A DNA stretch of 60,143 bases, the filler included, from Platydemus manokwari (Eukaryota), in NCBI GenBank assembly GCA_037951405.1. It is 5 parts of 5 records of this genome, joined end to end, with 100 filler letters (N's around TTAATTAATTAA, not from the genome) between each part and the next. Parts side by side here need not be neighbours in the genome. Positions count along the whole stretch, not along the records: positions 30,326 to 47,248 come from JBBMOY011133661.1; positions 47,349 to 60,143 come from JBBMOY011963601.1; 3 more parts are not named here. One strand, written 5' to 3'. Under the pieces are notes generated by a model. It was not told where the DNA came from and made no database searches. It saw only the letters and a list, made by a program, of their open reading frames with translations. This document shows, in pieces, positions 40,528 through 54,700 of this stretch. Each line of letters begins with the position of its first letter. Positions within the stretch are counted from its first letter, which is position 1. The position numbers were made by a program, and so were the translations under genes.

Positions 40528-43500
40528 TTACAAAAATGCTCTAAGGTTCAAATAAGAATTCTGTAATAGTTCGGAACTTGGTTCTTTCGAGTGTTGCTGG
40601 TATTGATTTTGAGTCTGTTGCAGTAAATGTTGATTCAAGTCACCACTTTGGATGGGGAAATTATCCATTTTTGGAAGAATAAAGCATGGATTATTGTTTA
40701 TTGGTGACAGCGAGAGTGGCTGTTGTGTGTAATATGGTTGTTGCTGCTGCTGTTGTTGTTGTTGAAGTGGAACAGTGGGAATGGAATTGAAATTCTGTGG
40801 ATTGGCATTGGCAGTGTTATATTGTTGGTATGGAGGCTGTGAATGTTGTACCTGATGATTCTGATAAATAACCACTGGATTATTTAAATTCAACGATTGA
40901 GGTATGATATTGGGATGCATGACGACCATTTTATTTTGCTGATAACGAGAATGAAGCACAGCCGCTAATTGCATCCGTGAAGCATTTTTATTCGTCAATG
41001 CTAATTGAGAATTAGGACATATTGGCAAATAAGTAGACATGGTTTCTGATGGATTGGAACCGGATATTACATTTCCATTATTATTGGTGATTTGTGGATC
41101 GATTGGACCGGGATTTCTTATTTGATTGAGTGAGTTGTGGAAATTTTTATTGGTCAATGAATTTTGATTATTCATCGAAATATTGGGGATCTGAGTATAA
41201 CTATTCAATGACATGGTCGGCACATTTAAATAATTGCGTAATAAAGAATTATTGGATTCGATTAATAAATTATTTGTGACTGGATTTGATGAGTGAAGGC
41301 TGTTATTTAAAGGATCAGTGGAAGAATTGGTAATATGTTGAGGATTTACTGCGGGACTCATTGTGGGCTGTTGATTGTTGCCCATTACAATGAAATTGTT
41401 TAATCCAAGAGCATTGAATGATGATATTTGATTATTCAGTGATGGATTTGTGATTGACATGCTTGGATTTGGAGCTGGTGTAAGATTAGGCATTGAACCG
41501 ATTTGTTGAACACCAATTAACTGAGTCGTGTCATGTGTGACAGCATTTAATGGATTGATATTATTTGAATAAAATGATTGGATGGAATTTGCTTGAGGCA
41601 TATTAATCAAAGGTGCACTTGGAACGGGTCTCATGTTGTTATTGAGAGGAGTTTTGCGAGGAAGTTCAGCTCGATAATCGTTAATTGTTCTCAACACTGG
41701 TACTTGAGTCGGTTTAGGAAGCTCAATTTTAGGTGGAGTAAGTTCTTTGGGAATATCTCTCGATTCATAATGTCGAGAACTGACAAAATCATCATCAACT
41801 GTGGATATTTGTTCTGGTTTTTCCTTAATGGTTTGTATTGGCGGTTTGGGTTGATCAACCACTTTTCGGTTCTTAAAATTTTTTATCAGATTCATCATAC
41901 TTTCACTACTGGTACCAGTAGTTGGTTTCAGTTCATTGGTTTGTGAAATAAGTTTCTTTTCAATATTTCGATATGTTTTTAATCCTTTCGATTTCAAACG
42001 AATCGGTGGAACTGATAAGGTTTTTGGTGATGTGAACGATTTCGATTTTACTTTAGGTTTGATTGGTAGTGGGTGATTTTTATTGGGCGATTTGAGGCCA
42101 ATTCTAGGAGAAATTGGTAATTCTGGATTATTCGATGTATCATTAATTATATTCGTATTAGTCTTGTTGACTTTTTCCTCGACTAGTGTATCTATCTTTT
42201 CCAATGGCATTGGCGTTATGGTATTATCACTGTTTCTCCAACATAAATGATCCTCATGGAAACGAATGACAAGCTGTGGGCATTCAACATTTGCTCTACG
42301 AGCAGAAACCAAATTAGCAGAATCTATATTTTTCCTGCAAAACATCCTCTAATAAGACAAGGGACACATTTTGGTACAATATTAAACGAAAGGAATTTAT
42401 CATTTATTTCAATCAAAACATTAACTAATATCAATGTTTAGTGATAATTTTTAATAAAATATTAAAAAAACACAAGAAATTATAATAATATTGTAATAGA
42501 TGATTAAGCTCAGTTGCATCAATAAAGCGAACCTTATTTACAAATGGTATCTAAAATGTTTGGCCATTTCGAAATATCATATGTTTAGAACAGTGCTTGT
42601 CTAAGAGTGCTCGAATACATATAAATAATTCTATGAATATTCGATGTTTATTAAATAATAGATATCAAGTTAACATCTGTACGTAGTGAAGGATTAATTA
42701 ATCGGGATCGAAGGACATGTCAGATGACGATTAGAATCTAATAGATTTAACAAATATGAATTGTTCCAATGAAGTATGTTGGGAAAGATTGATTATATTT
42801 GCTAAAATACACTAAATTAATTTATTAAATTTTATAAAGCCAATTTAATTGAAGCTTTATAGACGCACTGGCCATGAATATAGTTAACCAATTAAGGGAC
42901 CTAATTATAAATCTATCTATCTATTTATAATGGACATCTCGCAATAATGAGTATCTTGGTAGGAGTTTTTCAAAAAATGTTAAGTTCTTGTAAATTGATG
43001 AAATCTTAATATTTTTGTCGTTATTACAACTTGATAGCTTAAAATTATCAAGCCCTTAATATATAATAATAATGATAATAAAAAATCATTTTTATAGGAA
43101 AGTAAATTTATATAAAATTATATTTGATATTTATAAAAAGTACTTAATTGAATAATTGATGAAAATGATTATTTTCAAACATTTTATAACGCTGTTGGCG
43201 ACCACATTTGTGGGGGGGGGGTGGCAGGGTACATGATTTCTGTGAGTGCGTGTAGGCACCCAAATCCGATCTCACAGCACTCAACAAATTACATCATAAA
43301 ATGATTTCAATAAATTATGAAAAATCTGATAAAAATCAATAATGAACAATGAAAAAATTCTAGAAAAAACACTTCTAATAGACATGAAAAGACGATAAAT
43401 TTGACAGAAAATCATAATGATAATAAAAGCATAAAATATTGATAAATTTCAATGATATTGGTTTTTTAATTTAATTTTTTTTTATCAATGTGCACCTCAA

Positions 43501-45037
43501 GACCGTGCTGAATTGGAAAATAATATCATTGTCAAGCATCAAAGGTTTGGCTAAGCCATTCGAGGATTTTATTTGTTGATATAATTCTTAGAACGAATTA
43601 TTTTACATAATAAATAAATGGATGGAAAAAATTACTAGTGGAAACATTTAACATCAGTTTGCAAGACAACCAGAATCCAACAGTGCCCTTTTAAAAATTA
43701 ATTTAATCATTTGACAATTTTTTCTCCCTCATCATTTCAAATACTGAAAAAAATCTAATCAATATTTGAGTACTGAATTAATGGTAAGAAAATATTTATA
43801 TCAAATCAAAATAATTCAATCAATCGTACTCACCATTTTATCAGAAACATTAATTGATCTTTAATAATACCAGCTGACAAAATCGCTTCCGGTTCTCGCG
43901 ATCGCGGAAATCCTCGCGGCTTTACAGGAGGCTCCTACAAAATTGGTTCTAAGCTTATTTCATGTTTCAATGCGTAATACTTTGATCAAGACTTCTTCGG
44001 GTAATTCTTCGAGCACCAATGAGTCGTCCGTTGAAATGGATTTTCTTTTCTTCAATTTTTTTAATTTCTTTTGTCGTTGAAGAAATTCCTGAATCGGAAA
44101 ATAATCGAGTCTCAATATTCATTCATCATACTTTTATCAATTCGGGACACTCTAGATTTTCTTCTGGTTCCCATGTATTTTCAGAATCAGGAAAACCTTC
44201 CCATTTCAGGAAAAATCTGCGAACACCATTACAAACTCTCATTTTCAAAATCTTTTCAACCATGAATATCTCTTGGACATTCTGTGGCATGTTTTCGGGG
44301 AAAAATGAATTGGGATCTTTGGAATTTTTGCTTTCTGTTTTTTTCGACGATCGTACCGATTCGACACTACAATCAGATTCATTTCCTGACCGATTAGCAA
44401 TCGATGATTCCATAGATTTATTTTTATTGTCAGAAGAAGTTATTTTATCTTCATTTTCATTTATTTGAACATTATCATCATTATTAATTATTTCCGTCGT
44501 TAACGATTTCAATTTGACAGAATTATTCTCGCTTTCATCTGAATTCAATTTAAATTTTTTCTTCTTTTTGGATTTTTTTGTTTTTTTCTTTGAGATTTTG
44601 TGGATTTTTACTGGCTTAATGATATTCGATTCGGGTGGACAATCTGTTAATTTCAAAGCAGATCCTTCACCATCGTTGTTACCATTTAAACTTTCAGAAG
44701 TCAGACTAATCGGAATGGAATTCTGAATGTGAACATCATCAATCGAAGCGTGATCGTTATTGTCCGTATTATTTTGAATGTCATCTTTATTATCATTGAC
44801 TATATGTTCACAATTTTCAGATTCAGCTGGAATGACTTTCTCGTTATTTGTTGATTCAGTACTATTTTCAATCTCATTAATAACAATATTTTCATTTTCA
44901 TCACATTCATTCCTTAATATCGTTACTTCTTCATCACTCTCATTATTACTGATATTATTTTCAATTTTTTCTTGGTCTTGATTATTTTCGTTTTCTCGAC
45001 TTTGAGCTTCTTTATTTTCCCAATTAAGAAGAAATTC
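40528..45037 (-). CDS. HP1-like protein: chromodomain + chromoshadow domain + very long N/Q/P-rich C-terminal tail (exons 45037-44132, 44088-43981, 43934-43834, 42334-40528; 5' exons missing)
   Basis: CD: [46 protein letters not shown]|EFL. Basic hinge [13 protein letters not shown]: [30 protein letters not shown]|[32 protein letters not shown]. All junctions are phase-consistent GT-AG. Confidence 0.9.
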
Positions 45038-45140
45038 CTTGAAAAAAAGGAAATACAAACATGAAACCAAAAAATGATAGTTGTGGAAAAAATAAAACAT
45101 TATATAAATGGAAATTTTATTGAAAATCATTATCTTAGAG

Positions 45141-45423
45141 CAGTGGTTTTCAACCTTTTTGCTGGAGACAAACCCCACGGAAACAGTCCTCTGGCTCGAG
45201 GAACCCCTATGCAATAATGTAGGGAGTTTAATTCTGTTAAATTTAGTATATTTAAACAATAACTAATGATAAAATGATATAAATAATAATAATAAAATAG
45301 ATTTTCGAAATTGAATTTAACATGTTATTTATTTGTTCGTTGTTCTAATTTAGAAATTGCGGAAACCCTGGAGTGTAATGGTAGAACCATAAAGTTCCGC
45401 AGAACACTAGTTGAAAACCACTG
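45141..45423. mobile_element. hAT MITE (283 bp) in the HP1-like gene intron
   Basis: Perfect 14-bp TIRs CAGTGGTTTTCAAC / GTTGAAAACCACTG and an 8-bp TSD tcttagag / tgttagag (7/8 match). Confidence 0.92.
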
Positions 45424-47248
45424 TGTTAGAGAGTTCATTTTCATTGATGTTGATCATTCATATGCAGAGTCACTGGTATGATATGATGTCAATAATTATA
45501 CTGAATAACTAGAACAGTATATGATAAAGCAGGTTTAAAATGTTGCATTCTGTAAATCTATTTAGAAGCCAACCTTGATTAAATTTGTACAAATAATTTG
45601 AGAATATTTAAATAAAAAGTCAATTTTATAACAATTTAAATGAAAATTCGAGATTAATTATCATTTGACTATAAATTTCATTTTCCTGCAGTATTTTGAA
45701 ACATGAGAATCACTTATTATCATTATAAAAAATACTGACATGATCCAATTCTATCAATGTATATGATATTTTATTAGGTTATAATTGGATTCAGAACGCA
45801 GTAAAAACACATCGAAGTAGGGAAAAATATATCAAACTTGTTTTAAATGATCTTCATTTATAAACTTATTAATAATATTAAAAGATTATTTAAAATTTAC
45901 AAGTTTATTATTGTTTAAAAATTTTTCATTAACCAATATCTACGACTAATTCCATTTATTGTTTTCGAGAATAGTGTGCGTAAAAAGCAAATTTAGTCTG
46001 GGAATTCTCAGAAATACAATATTATGTGCTGTAAAATATTTAATGCCAATATTATGTTTTCATGTAACAGGATGAGTTTACGAACGCTATCACCGTTTAC
46101 CACATATTTTTGACGCTCAAATTGTTAAATGTTATTCATAAAAGATATTAAATAAAAAACAATGTCACCATAAATCACGGGTTATTGATATTTAATAAAA
46201 ATCTGATTGTGTTTAAATATTCGAGGCCAGAAAGGATTATATATTGTAATTACTCTAAAGCACAAATCATAAAGGGAGACTACAATTGTCTGAAATCATT
46301 GAAAACCTAACACTGTTCATGAATCATTGAAATGAAATGTATTCATTTTTGGAAAAAAAACATTTCTTATGCTCTAAATTGGATTGGAATAAATGTGATT
46401 TCAAAAAATTATAAATATCACGAATAAAAAACTAATTAGTGAGGAATAACCAAAATCATTACAAGCTTTATTTGTAGGACATTTTAATGGCAAAAATTGA
46501 ACTGAATGATTTATTTGTGACTCCCATTCAAATATAATCAATATGATTTGTAAATAAATAAAATTATACACGAATAAAACGTGCAAAATATCAACGAAAT
46601 GTCTATCATATAGACCAAGACCATTTAATCCATTTTCGCTTTATCTTATCTCTATCATTTCAAAGGGTTTCTTGAAGGTCTAACTATTTATCAAATTGGA
46701 AATAACTGATATTTTATTTATCAATAATTTTGAATGAAAATTTTTTTCCATTATTTCTCGTGTCTCTCATAGAATTTTAGTCGAGGATTTAGTTGTTGGA
46801 GACAAAGAAATATTTATCATCAAAATATATGGGAAGAAAATAATATGGAAATGAAAACAATACCAAATAATGTTGAAATAGTTTGTAAAATAATGAAATA
46901 ACAATTCATTTCATTCTCATTTATTATTACGTAATTTTTTATTAAGGAAAATAATATATTATATAGGCTAGCTTTGTAATAGAATATATTATATCCATAA
47001 AATTATAATTATGTCATCAATTATATCATCTCAGAATAAATTCAATTTTCAAAACATTTCAAATGACAAAGCGAATAGTAAAAAAGTTAATAAATAATTA
47101 AATTAATCATTTAATACTACTCACAGAATTATTGATAATAAGTAGTACTAAAAACAAAATCCAATAATTAAAAATACATTTACAAAATACGTCCAATATC
47201 TAATTCAGTGCAGCGTTTTACTAGAATTTCGAGACAAATTTGCAGTTT

Positions 47249-47348
47249 NNNNNNNNNNNNNNNNNNNNNNNNNNNNNNNNNNNNNNNNNNNNTTAATTAA
47301 TTAANNNNNNNNNNNNNNNNNNNNNNNNNNNNNNNNNNNNNNNNNNNN
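47249..47348. other. artificial contig-joining linker
   Basis: N-TTAATTAATTAA-N spacer. Confidence 0.95.
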
Positions 47349-50149
47349 AATGTTATTCAAGTAGATAAAAATAAAAATCCAATATATAATGTTTCTATAG
47401 AACCTGATAAAGCAACACTTAAATGTTAATTAATCAAAAAATAAAATTTATTTATTTAGATATTAAATAATTTTAATGTAACAGAATAAAATAAATTTTC
47501 GCGTTGAAATCAGTGTTTCTTCAATTATTATTTACCTTATCGTTGACATGAATGAGTAAATTTGTAAATTATAATTTTGGTTATTAATTATTTTTACTAT
47601 TCTGGTAAAGGATTGAAAAATCGATTAAATTATCGATCTATTCGTAATATATGTGATCAGGATCCTTGGTATGTAATTCAATAAAATGCTATCAACAAAT
47701 ATTATAAAATCACATCATTTCATTATTATTACTTTTTAAATTATTCATCTATAATTATTTTTTTATTTTCATATTTTATTTATTCCATAGCTAACAGAGA
47801 TTTCAAATTTAAATTTCAAAATGCACTCTATTTTCATTAATACTATTAGGCATGTCACAAATCAATCAAAAGGGTCACAAAAAACTAAGGAAAGAACCTT
47901 AAAAAGGTCAATACACACAAATCCCATAAACACATGTTCGGTTAACCAATCAGATTCATTCTAATGTTAATCCATATTTAAAAGCTAAGAATCGACAGGC
48001 ACATATCTACAATCGGCGCCAAGCTCAAATATCCGCCAATAGCACAAGAGATATAAGGAAAATCTTAAATAAATCGATACACAAACAAATTCAGCGAATT
48101 GAAAATGAAGATCCGTGACATTAAGCAGAAGACAATTAAGCAGGTGGGTCTGTGGATTCCTGCCAGTCTTTTTTGATCGGTAACTTCAGTGCTTAGAATA
48201 TGTATGATTTCAGTAATCAGTTTTTTTGATTAGTCTTCATATTGTTTTTGACTTTTGGGTGCTGATCCCATTTTGAATGATTTTCTATGTGAATTGAGTA
48301 GAGATTTGTTGTTGTACTCTGATAATTGAAAATTTTGGTATTATTTTAGTTAATACAGATTTTCAGATTTAAATTGTTGTTTGATAACACAACAATACAA
48401 AAACAAATTCAAGACAAATTTTATTGTTAACGGCTTTCCTAATGAAATATGCTCAGTGAATCCTTGCACCGAATTCCCATAGAAACAGTGACAAAGCTTG
48501 GATTTCGTATGAAATTAATTTGGGTTTTTACCAGACCAATGAGCACTAATGTGATGTTTAAGAGATTTCGTAACATAGAAATCAGCTTTTTCTTTTGGAG
48601 TACGTGTCAAAATCTGTCAACAGTAGTTATTGAAACTATGACAAAAACCATCAAACCGACAATACATACAAGCACAGTAGACATGCTAGCCAGAACCTAA
48701 TTATTGGACTTAGATTATCAATATCTCATTGGATTTCGATTCTCAATTGTGACTCAACTCAAAAAACATCGACATCCACAAATACAACATTATATAAACG
48801 AAGTCGAGTCTCGGAAACAACTGTCAGTCTTTCGTTGTCCACAAAAGATATCTATCTTTTATTCCTTTTGGTGCTAAACCCACTTTGTAATCTGACATTT
48901 GACGCATGATTTTTGGAAAACTTTTATCTGTAATTGTGCTTTAGTAATTTCGATAAAAAGTGTTTCGATCTCAATAAGCGCAACATTCTGCCTAAATAAT
49001 ATTATCAGATTGTTGCTGATCTTGTTGTAGTAAAGAGATAAAATCTTTACAGAAGCACTTTTGTCGATCAAAGTCATCCTCATTAACCTCTTGACGAAAA
49101 GGAAATTTATATTTTTGAAAACTGTTCGTTATAAGATTGCGTCGAATAAAATATTTTGAAATCCTAAAATTATTAAATGCCTTTTGTATTGTAAATGCAT
49201 CATCTATATCATTCATATCATTAGCAACTGCATCATATATATATAGTGGTAATTATCATCACAAGGTTTGACTTGAGCGCTTTGGACAATTCTCCATGTT
49301 TGTCGAGTATGTTATAAAAGCAAGCCAATTGAAAATAACCCTCACGGGGTCGATAAGCACAAGTACCAATAGCCAATCAGATGCTTCTTATATAGCAATA
49401 CAAAACTTATGTAAAACTCAATAATCACTTGACACAAACCATCAACAGACACGAAACATCGAAATACACTTATGACACGAGATCTACGAGAAAATCTGCT
49501 GATAAACAGACGAATGAGCGGTCTTATCCAATGAAAAGTAAAGCTTTGAAATACTAAATGAACACATATGATTAGCCTATAAAAGTATTTTGATCTCACG
49601 AACACTCACCAGTCCGTCTTGGACAGTGACTGTTATCTGTTGTGACTTTATGCTATTTTCTATCAACTGGTCTTTGTAGGTATTTTTATCGTTGTCCCTC
49701 TTTAATCATTAGATGCTCATCCCACTGTATTTGATTATTGATTTGACCATTTTGAGTGTGATTCCGTACCGTGGTAATTTGATGATTAGCCTATGGAAAG
49801 TCTCAATTTCATATATCAGACGCGTGGCGATCTTTTTAGCCAAATATTTGGTAAATAAATGCTTCCTGTATGCTATCAAATAGGGTAGTCTCTAGTATAA
49901 TATTATAATTTCTGATTATAACTTTTAGCTTTCATAAATATTATTAACATCTAATCAGCATATTTAATGGCTTAATGAAACCGTCACCGCAAATTGTAAA
50001 TCACCATATGGCAAAATCAATGAAAAAATCAGTTAAAATAAGAGCAATTTCCAGAACAATTCTGAACTATCGGCACAGAAAACACTACTGACCGTACAAC
50101 TATGTGATGTACGGTGCTTATTTACAAATAATAATCATATTGAGTGAGA

Positions 50150-50645
50150 CAAAATCTTGCAAAGGTTAAACGAATTTTTGACCTTGAAATCCTTGTTATA
50201 GCACTTAAAGCATTTGCATGCCTACACAACCAATTATAGTTGACTTAGATGGAAAACGATAATTGGAAAAAGGATATAGCCACACAACAACATACATATA
50301 GGGACTCACCAATCCCGCATATACAAAAACCAATAAAAAGCATAAGAAAGTAAAGATCAAATCAAAATGTGGTACAAACGTGACAGAAAAATTACACACA
50401 GATCTCGAGTATAAATACCAATGTAAAGAAGACAATTTCTATTTGGAAGCCAAGTTTTGATTTTCTATTTTCAGACATTGTGTTAAGTTTTAAAGCCGTG
50501 GTGATTACCACATGTGCCTGTTAAAAGCCAAGTTTTGGTTGAATTTTTGTGATATTTTGTGAGTCATACTGATTAACACGTAAGTTCGAAATAAAGCTTA
50601 CAACTTTCGATTTTTGGAGTCAGCAATTATTTGTTCATTCAGGAA
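50150..50645. repeat. dispersed repeat copy 1 (unclassified), paired with 57568-58040
   Basis: Shared blocks AAATCTTGCAAA, ACATA..TAGGGACT.ACCAAT.CCGCA.ATACAAAAA, TCGAGTATAAAT, TTGGAAGCCA, AAAAGCCAAGTTTTGG, TGAGTCATACTGATTA, CAACTTTCGATTTTT. Confidence 0.85.
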
Positions 50646-51363
50646 TCAATGCCAACATCACCATCAAATATTGGAGCATGGGAGGAAACACTTGAAAATT
50701 AATTAATATCAAAATCATTTATTACTATCGAGCTTTACGTTTATACATTTATTCTCATTCTGATTTTATGTAATTAATCTGTTTTTAGAAAATTTAAATC
50801 AATAAAATTAATAAAGTTTATTTAGTAAATTCATTGACAACGAAACAACCGATCTCTCTAGGGCCACCTTGAATTAATATTCATAGAATCTCAGATATAA
50901 TATTGACGATATGGATGTATAAACCTATTGAAAGGTAAAATTATTTAGTCCTAAATTTTGTTTATGCAAAATACAATAATTTTATTGGGTCGGCAGATTA
51001 GATTTAAAAATGCATGAAAATTGCTTGAGATTTTGATAAGCGTTTTTTGCGGAATTTTCATACGAACATAAATTGATTTACAATTTTTTGAGAAAGTAAT
51101 AATTGGAAACACGTGGGGCTGTTGGTATGGATATGGGACAAATTCATTATAAAATAACATGAAGTGATTTGTGAAAAATTGAAAAATAAGCAAACGTGTT
51201 TTAATTAAACAATTAATTGTATAGAAAATCAATATTTGATTGTTAGTATTTATCTAGAATAAAAATTACCCCAATTTAGAAAATATTATTAATTACAAGA
51301 TATTAGTAAAATATTATTGTAATACATTTATACAAGTCGTCTCTGCGATCAAATAGTCTGTGG

Positions 51364-51651
51364 CAGTGGTCTTAACACATTTTGTGTTGCGACCCACTTT
51401 ACGTGTCCAAATTTTTTCGCGACCCCTAGGGACTAAAATAAAAATAATAAAGTAATTTTTTTTAATAATTTTTTTAAAAAATTAAAATATATTTAATAAT
51501 AACAACGATTTGGCATATTCTGGTATGAAACATCAAATTTTTCTGGTTTAAATATTAATTCCAGATCTTTAAAATTCGATCGATATTTTGTCTTAATATA
51601 AGCCAGTGTCGAAAATGAAATTTCTCGCGCCCCCCATTTTGAAGAACACGG
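51364..51651. mobile_element. hAT-type MITE, decayed
   Basis: CAGTGGTCTTAA... / ...TTGAAGAACACGG imperfect TIRs and GCGACCC subterminal motifs. Confidence 0.6.
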
Positions 51652-51740
51652 ATTTAAAGAACATTTCGAGAACTATTAGATATAATAAATATCCGACAAT
51701 AGTTTGATAAAGATATTATTTTCATTCAATAATAACTCAC

Positions 51741-54700
51741 TTCTAAAAATTTCAATTCTTCTTGGCTGAATGTTACCGGATTTATTGTTCTAATACTATC
51801 GGAAAAAATCGTTAAATTTGTTTCAATGATATCAATATCGCGTATGATTTTGTCTTTCACAGACAGATTTTGATCAGGATTCATCGGTGCAGGACAAACT
51901 GCAATGGATTTACCAATCAACAATACACACGTATGTATATGCATATAAACGATAACAACAATATTTACCAAAATTGATTGCATTCGTTGGATAGATACAC
52001 TAAAATAGATCATCAAAACGGATTGTTAATAAAAGCTATATTGATCATTTAACCTGATTTTGTTTTGTGTTTTTATTTGCTTGACATTGGATATTGTTAT
52101 AATATTTAACTAAATTCTGGTACCCAATTACGTTTACTAATGAAGAGATCCAATCCTGATCATTAAATGATAGGATAAATTTATAAATTACGAACAACTC
52201 AACAAAATCATTGTTAAAGTCATTAAATCATAGAAAATCGAATATTAATCAATGGTAATATTCCTTGCCGAGTTTATAGTGAATAAAAACAAATATTTTC
52301 GCTCTCCCACTGTTTTACTTTTTAACCAATAAACTGAAGTGGGAGAAACTCAAACAAAATATCGATTTTCAGGAATTTACTTCTTGATAAAATAATATAA
52401 TACAAATTTATACTAAATTTTGGAAACATTCTTTAACATGTATTTACGAATTTATTTATTCTTTAAATCGATGTTTATGAATGTGTAACTAAAATTAATT
52501 TTTGATAATTCAATCTGTCTTTAATACAACCCTGAAACTATTAAACCAATTAAAAAAATCAATAACTATTTCATCCATTAAATCATTGAAAAAACTCAAC
52601 GTTCAGTATTTTTGAGTGAGTGCAGAGAGAGATCAATACTCATTTTACAGACACAGACACACACACACCGATAATCACCCGACATATTGAAGTTTACGTA
52701 TTTCCTATCCAACAATAATTCAAGAAACATGTTTTATGTTAGTCTAGCAATATAATATTAAATACTGTCAACCAATGATATCAACTTAAATATGTACTCA
52801 ACACAGTGATTAATAATAAACAACGCGAATTTCCAAATGCCAAGAAACTAAGAATTACTTGAATATATATTGAAATGTCACTGTTAATTTCAATTCATTC
52901 GTTGGAGATCAACGGGAAATGAATGAGACCACGAATAAAAGAACATTGAATAAGGCACAATAAAAACATCCCATCAAAATAATAACATAGATGTACATAA
53001 TTTTCAAATGTTTTTTAGATGATTCGACTAAAATTAATTCATACTTCAAGTAAAAATCTGTTTTCTAAAGCTTACAGAAAGTTATAAGGCATTTTGAAAT
53101 AAAGAGACAACAAAGGAGTCCAAAATAACAAAGGCTTCCAAAATCTTACATACAAAATCAAAATACATGTTTATAATTCTTAAATCACTGGAAATACTGG
53201 CAAGTGTAAGTCGAAGTTAATTTAACCGTATTTTACAATGCGCAAAACTGCGAAAACCACAAGTACTGCTTCGTATCTATTCCACAAAAAGTGCTTGCAA
53301 AGATGAAAGGTAGTATTAGCAGAAGTACGTAATACCATAACTACGATAAACGATAAACACACTCACGTTACGAATCCTTTAATTATTACATTGTAATTGA
53401 AATACCCAAGTTTCAAGGAAACTTAACATTTTAATCCTAAAAAATTATTTAACTAAACAAAAATAGTAACATCTGTTGGAGGACAACATTATAATTAAAA
53501 GACTGTTAAAAGCTTGTATTTTGTTGACAGATAAGTGGGCAAATTAGAGATAATTCCTATCAACTGATGCTCTAAATATACTTCAGTATTTGAAATAGTT
53601 GAGCTATTTTGGAGATTACATGAGCGAATATCATTACTAAATACCTACATATCACAGAGGACACAATATTATCGATATTTTCAACCGATACTATTTTTAT
53701 TACATTATTTCTAGTTAAGGATGAGAAAATTAATTTTAAAACATTCAAATGAGCTCATTAAAAATGTGAAAATTAAAAAGGAACACCACGAAAATTCGCA
53801 TAAAATAGTGATTCATCAATAAAGATGAAAAAATTACCTTTTCTAATAATGAAATTAATGAATTTACCATAAATAAATAAATAAAAATATCTTGTGCTAA
53901 ATATGAAAAATATAATTTTTGTTTTAATGTTAGAATAAATTATATAAATATTTTCAGTTAAAAATTAATTTTATCAAACCGTCAAAGTGTTAAATGACGT
54001 CATTATTTAAAAACACTTTCAATTAATGAGAGTTTAGTATAAAAGTAAAAATAAACCAACACCGTTTTATTGGATTAATTAATTTAGTTTTAAAGTTTCC
54101 CATCAAAGAACTTATAGATTAATTAAGAAAATAGATTGATTCGAGGATAATTTAGTCACATCTCAAATGTTTCGAGCTTATATCTGTCGATCTTCCGAAT
54201 CAGGAAAAAACATTTTCAAAAGTTAACCTATGAGCACATATATGATATTTGCAAGTTACCGACAAACTTTCGAATAGTCTGTTTAGACTTTTAATAACCC
54301 AGTAATCCAACATAATTTAAATAAAACATTATATTTATTATTTGTTGCCTGGAGTAATATTTTATCAGGTTTATCATTTCCTGTTGAGGACACAGTTGAA
54401 AAGGGTACATCAATGAGAACTTAAAAGCCTCAACTATAATTGTTCAACCAAATAATGTTCCTTATTTCATGATTTTTGTACTACCAAATACACATAATAA
54501 TGTTTTTAATTACTGTGTCATAGCACCGTGATCAGAACACCGCTTTCCGATGATAACACCTTGTAAATTATAGTTTCACATGATAATTACATCATATTTA
54601 AAAACGAGCTTTCAATATTATATAATATCGTACACGGTAAAACGATTTTTTCATCAATTTTTTTAATAATTAATTAATTTAATTTCTTAATTAATTAAAT

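Noticed and set aside
41578-41946. Plus-strand ORFs opposite HP1, ENaC and Gypsy sequences (also 44019-44468, 13745-14008 and others)
   Set aside because: Antisense shadows of real coding exons, with no motifs.
43195-43282. GC-rich intronic island with a poly-G run
   Set aside because: No snoRNA boxes or tRNA fold; probably a small TE remnant.
45040-45259. N-terminal part of ORF 44126-45259
   Set aside because: Chance read-through into the intron and MITE; the real exon begins at 45037.
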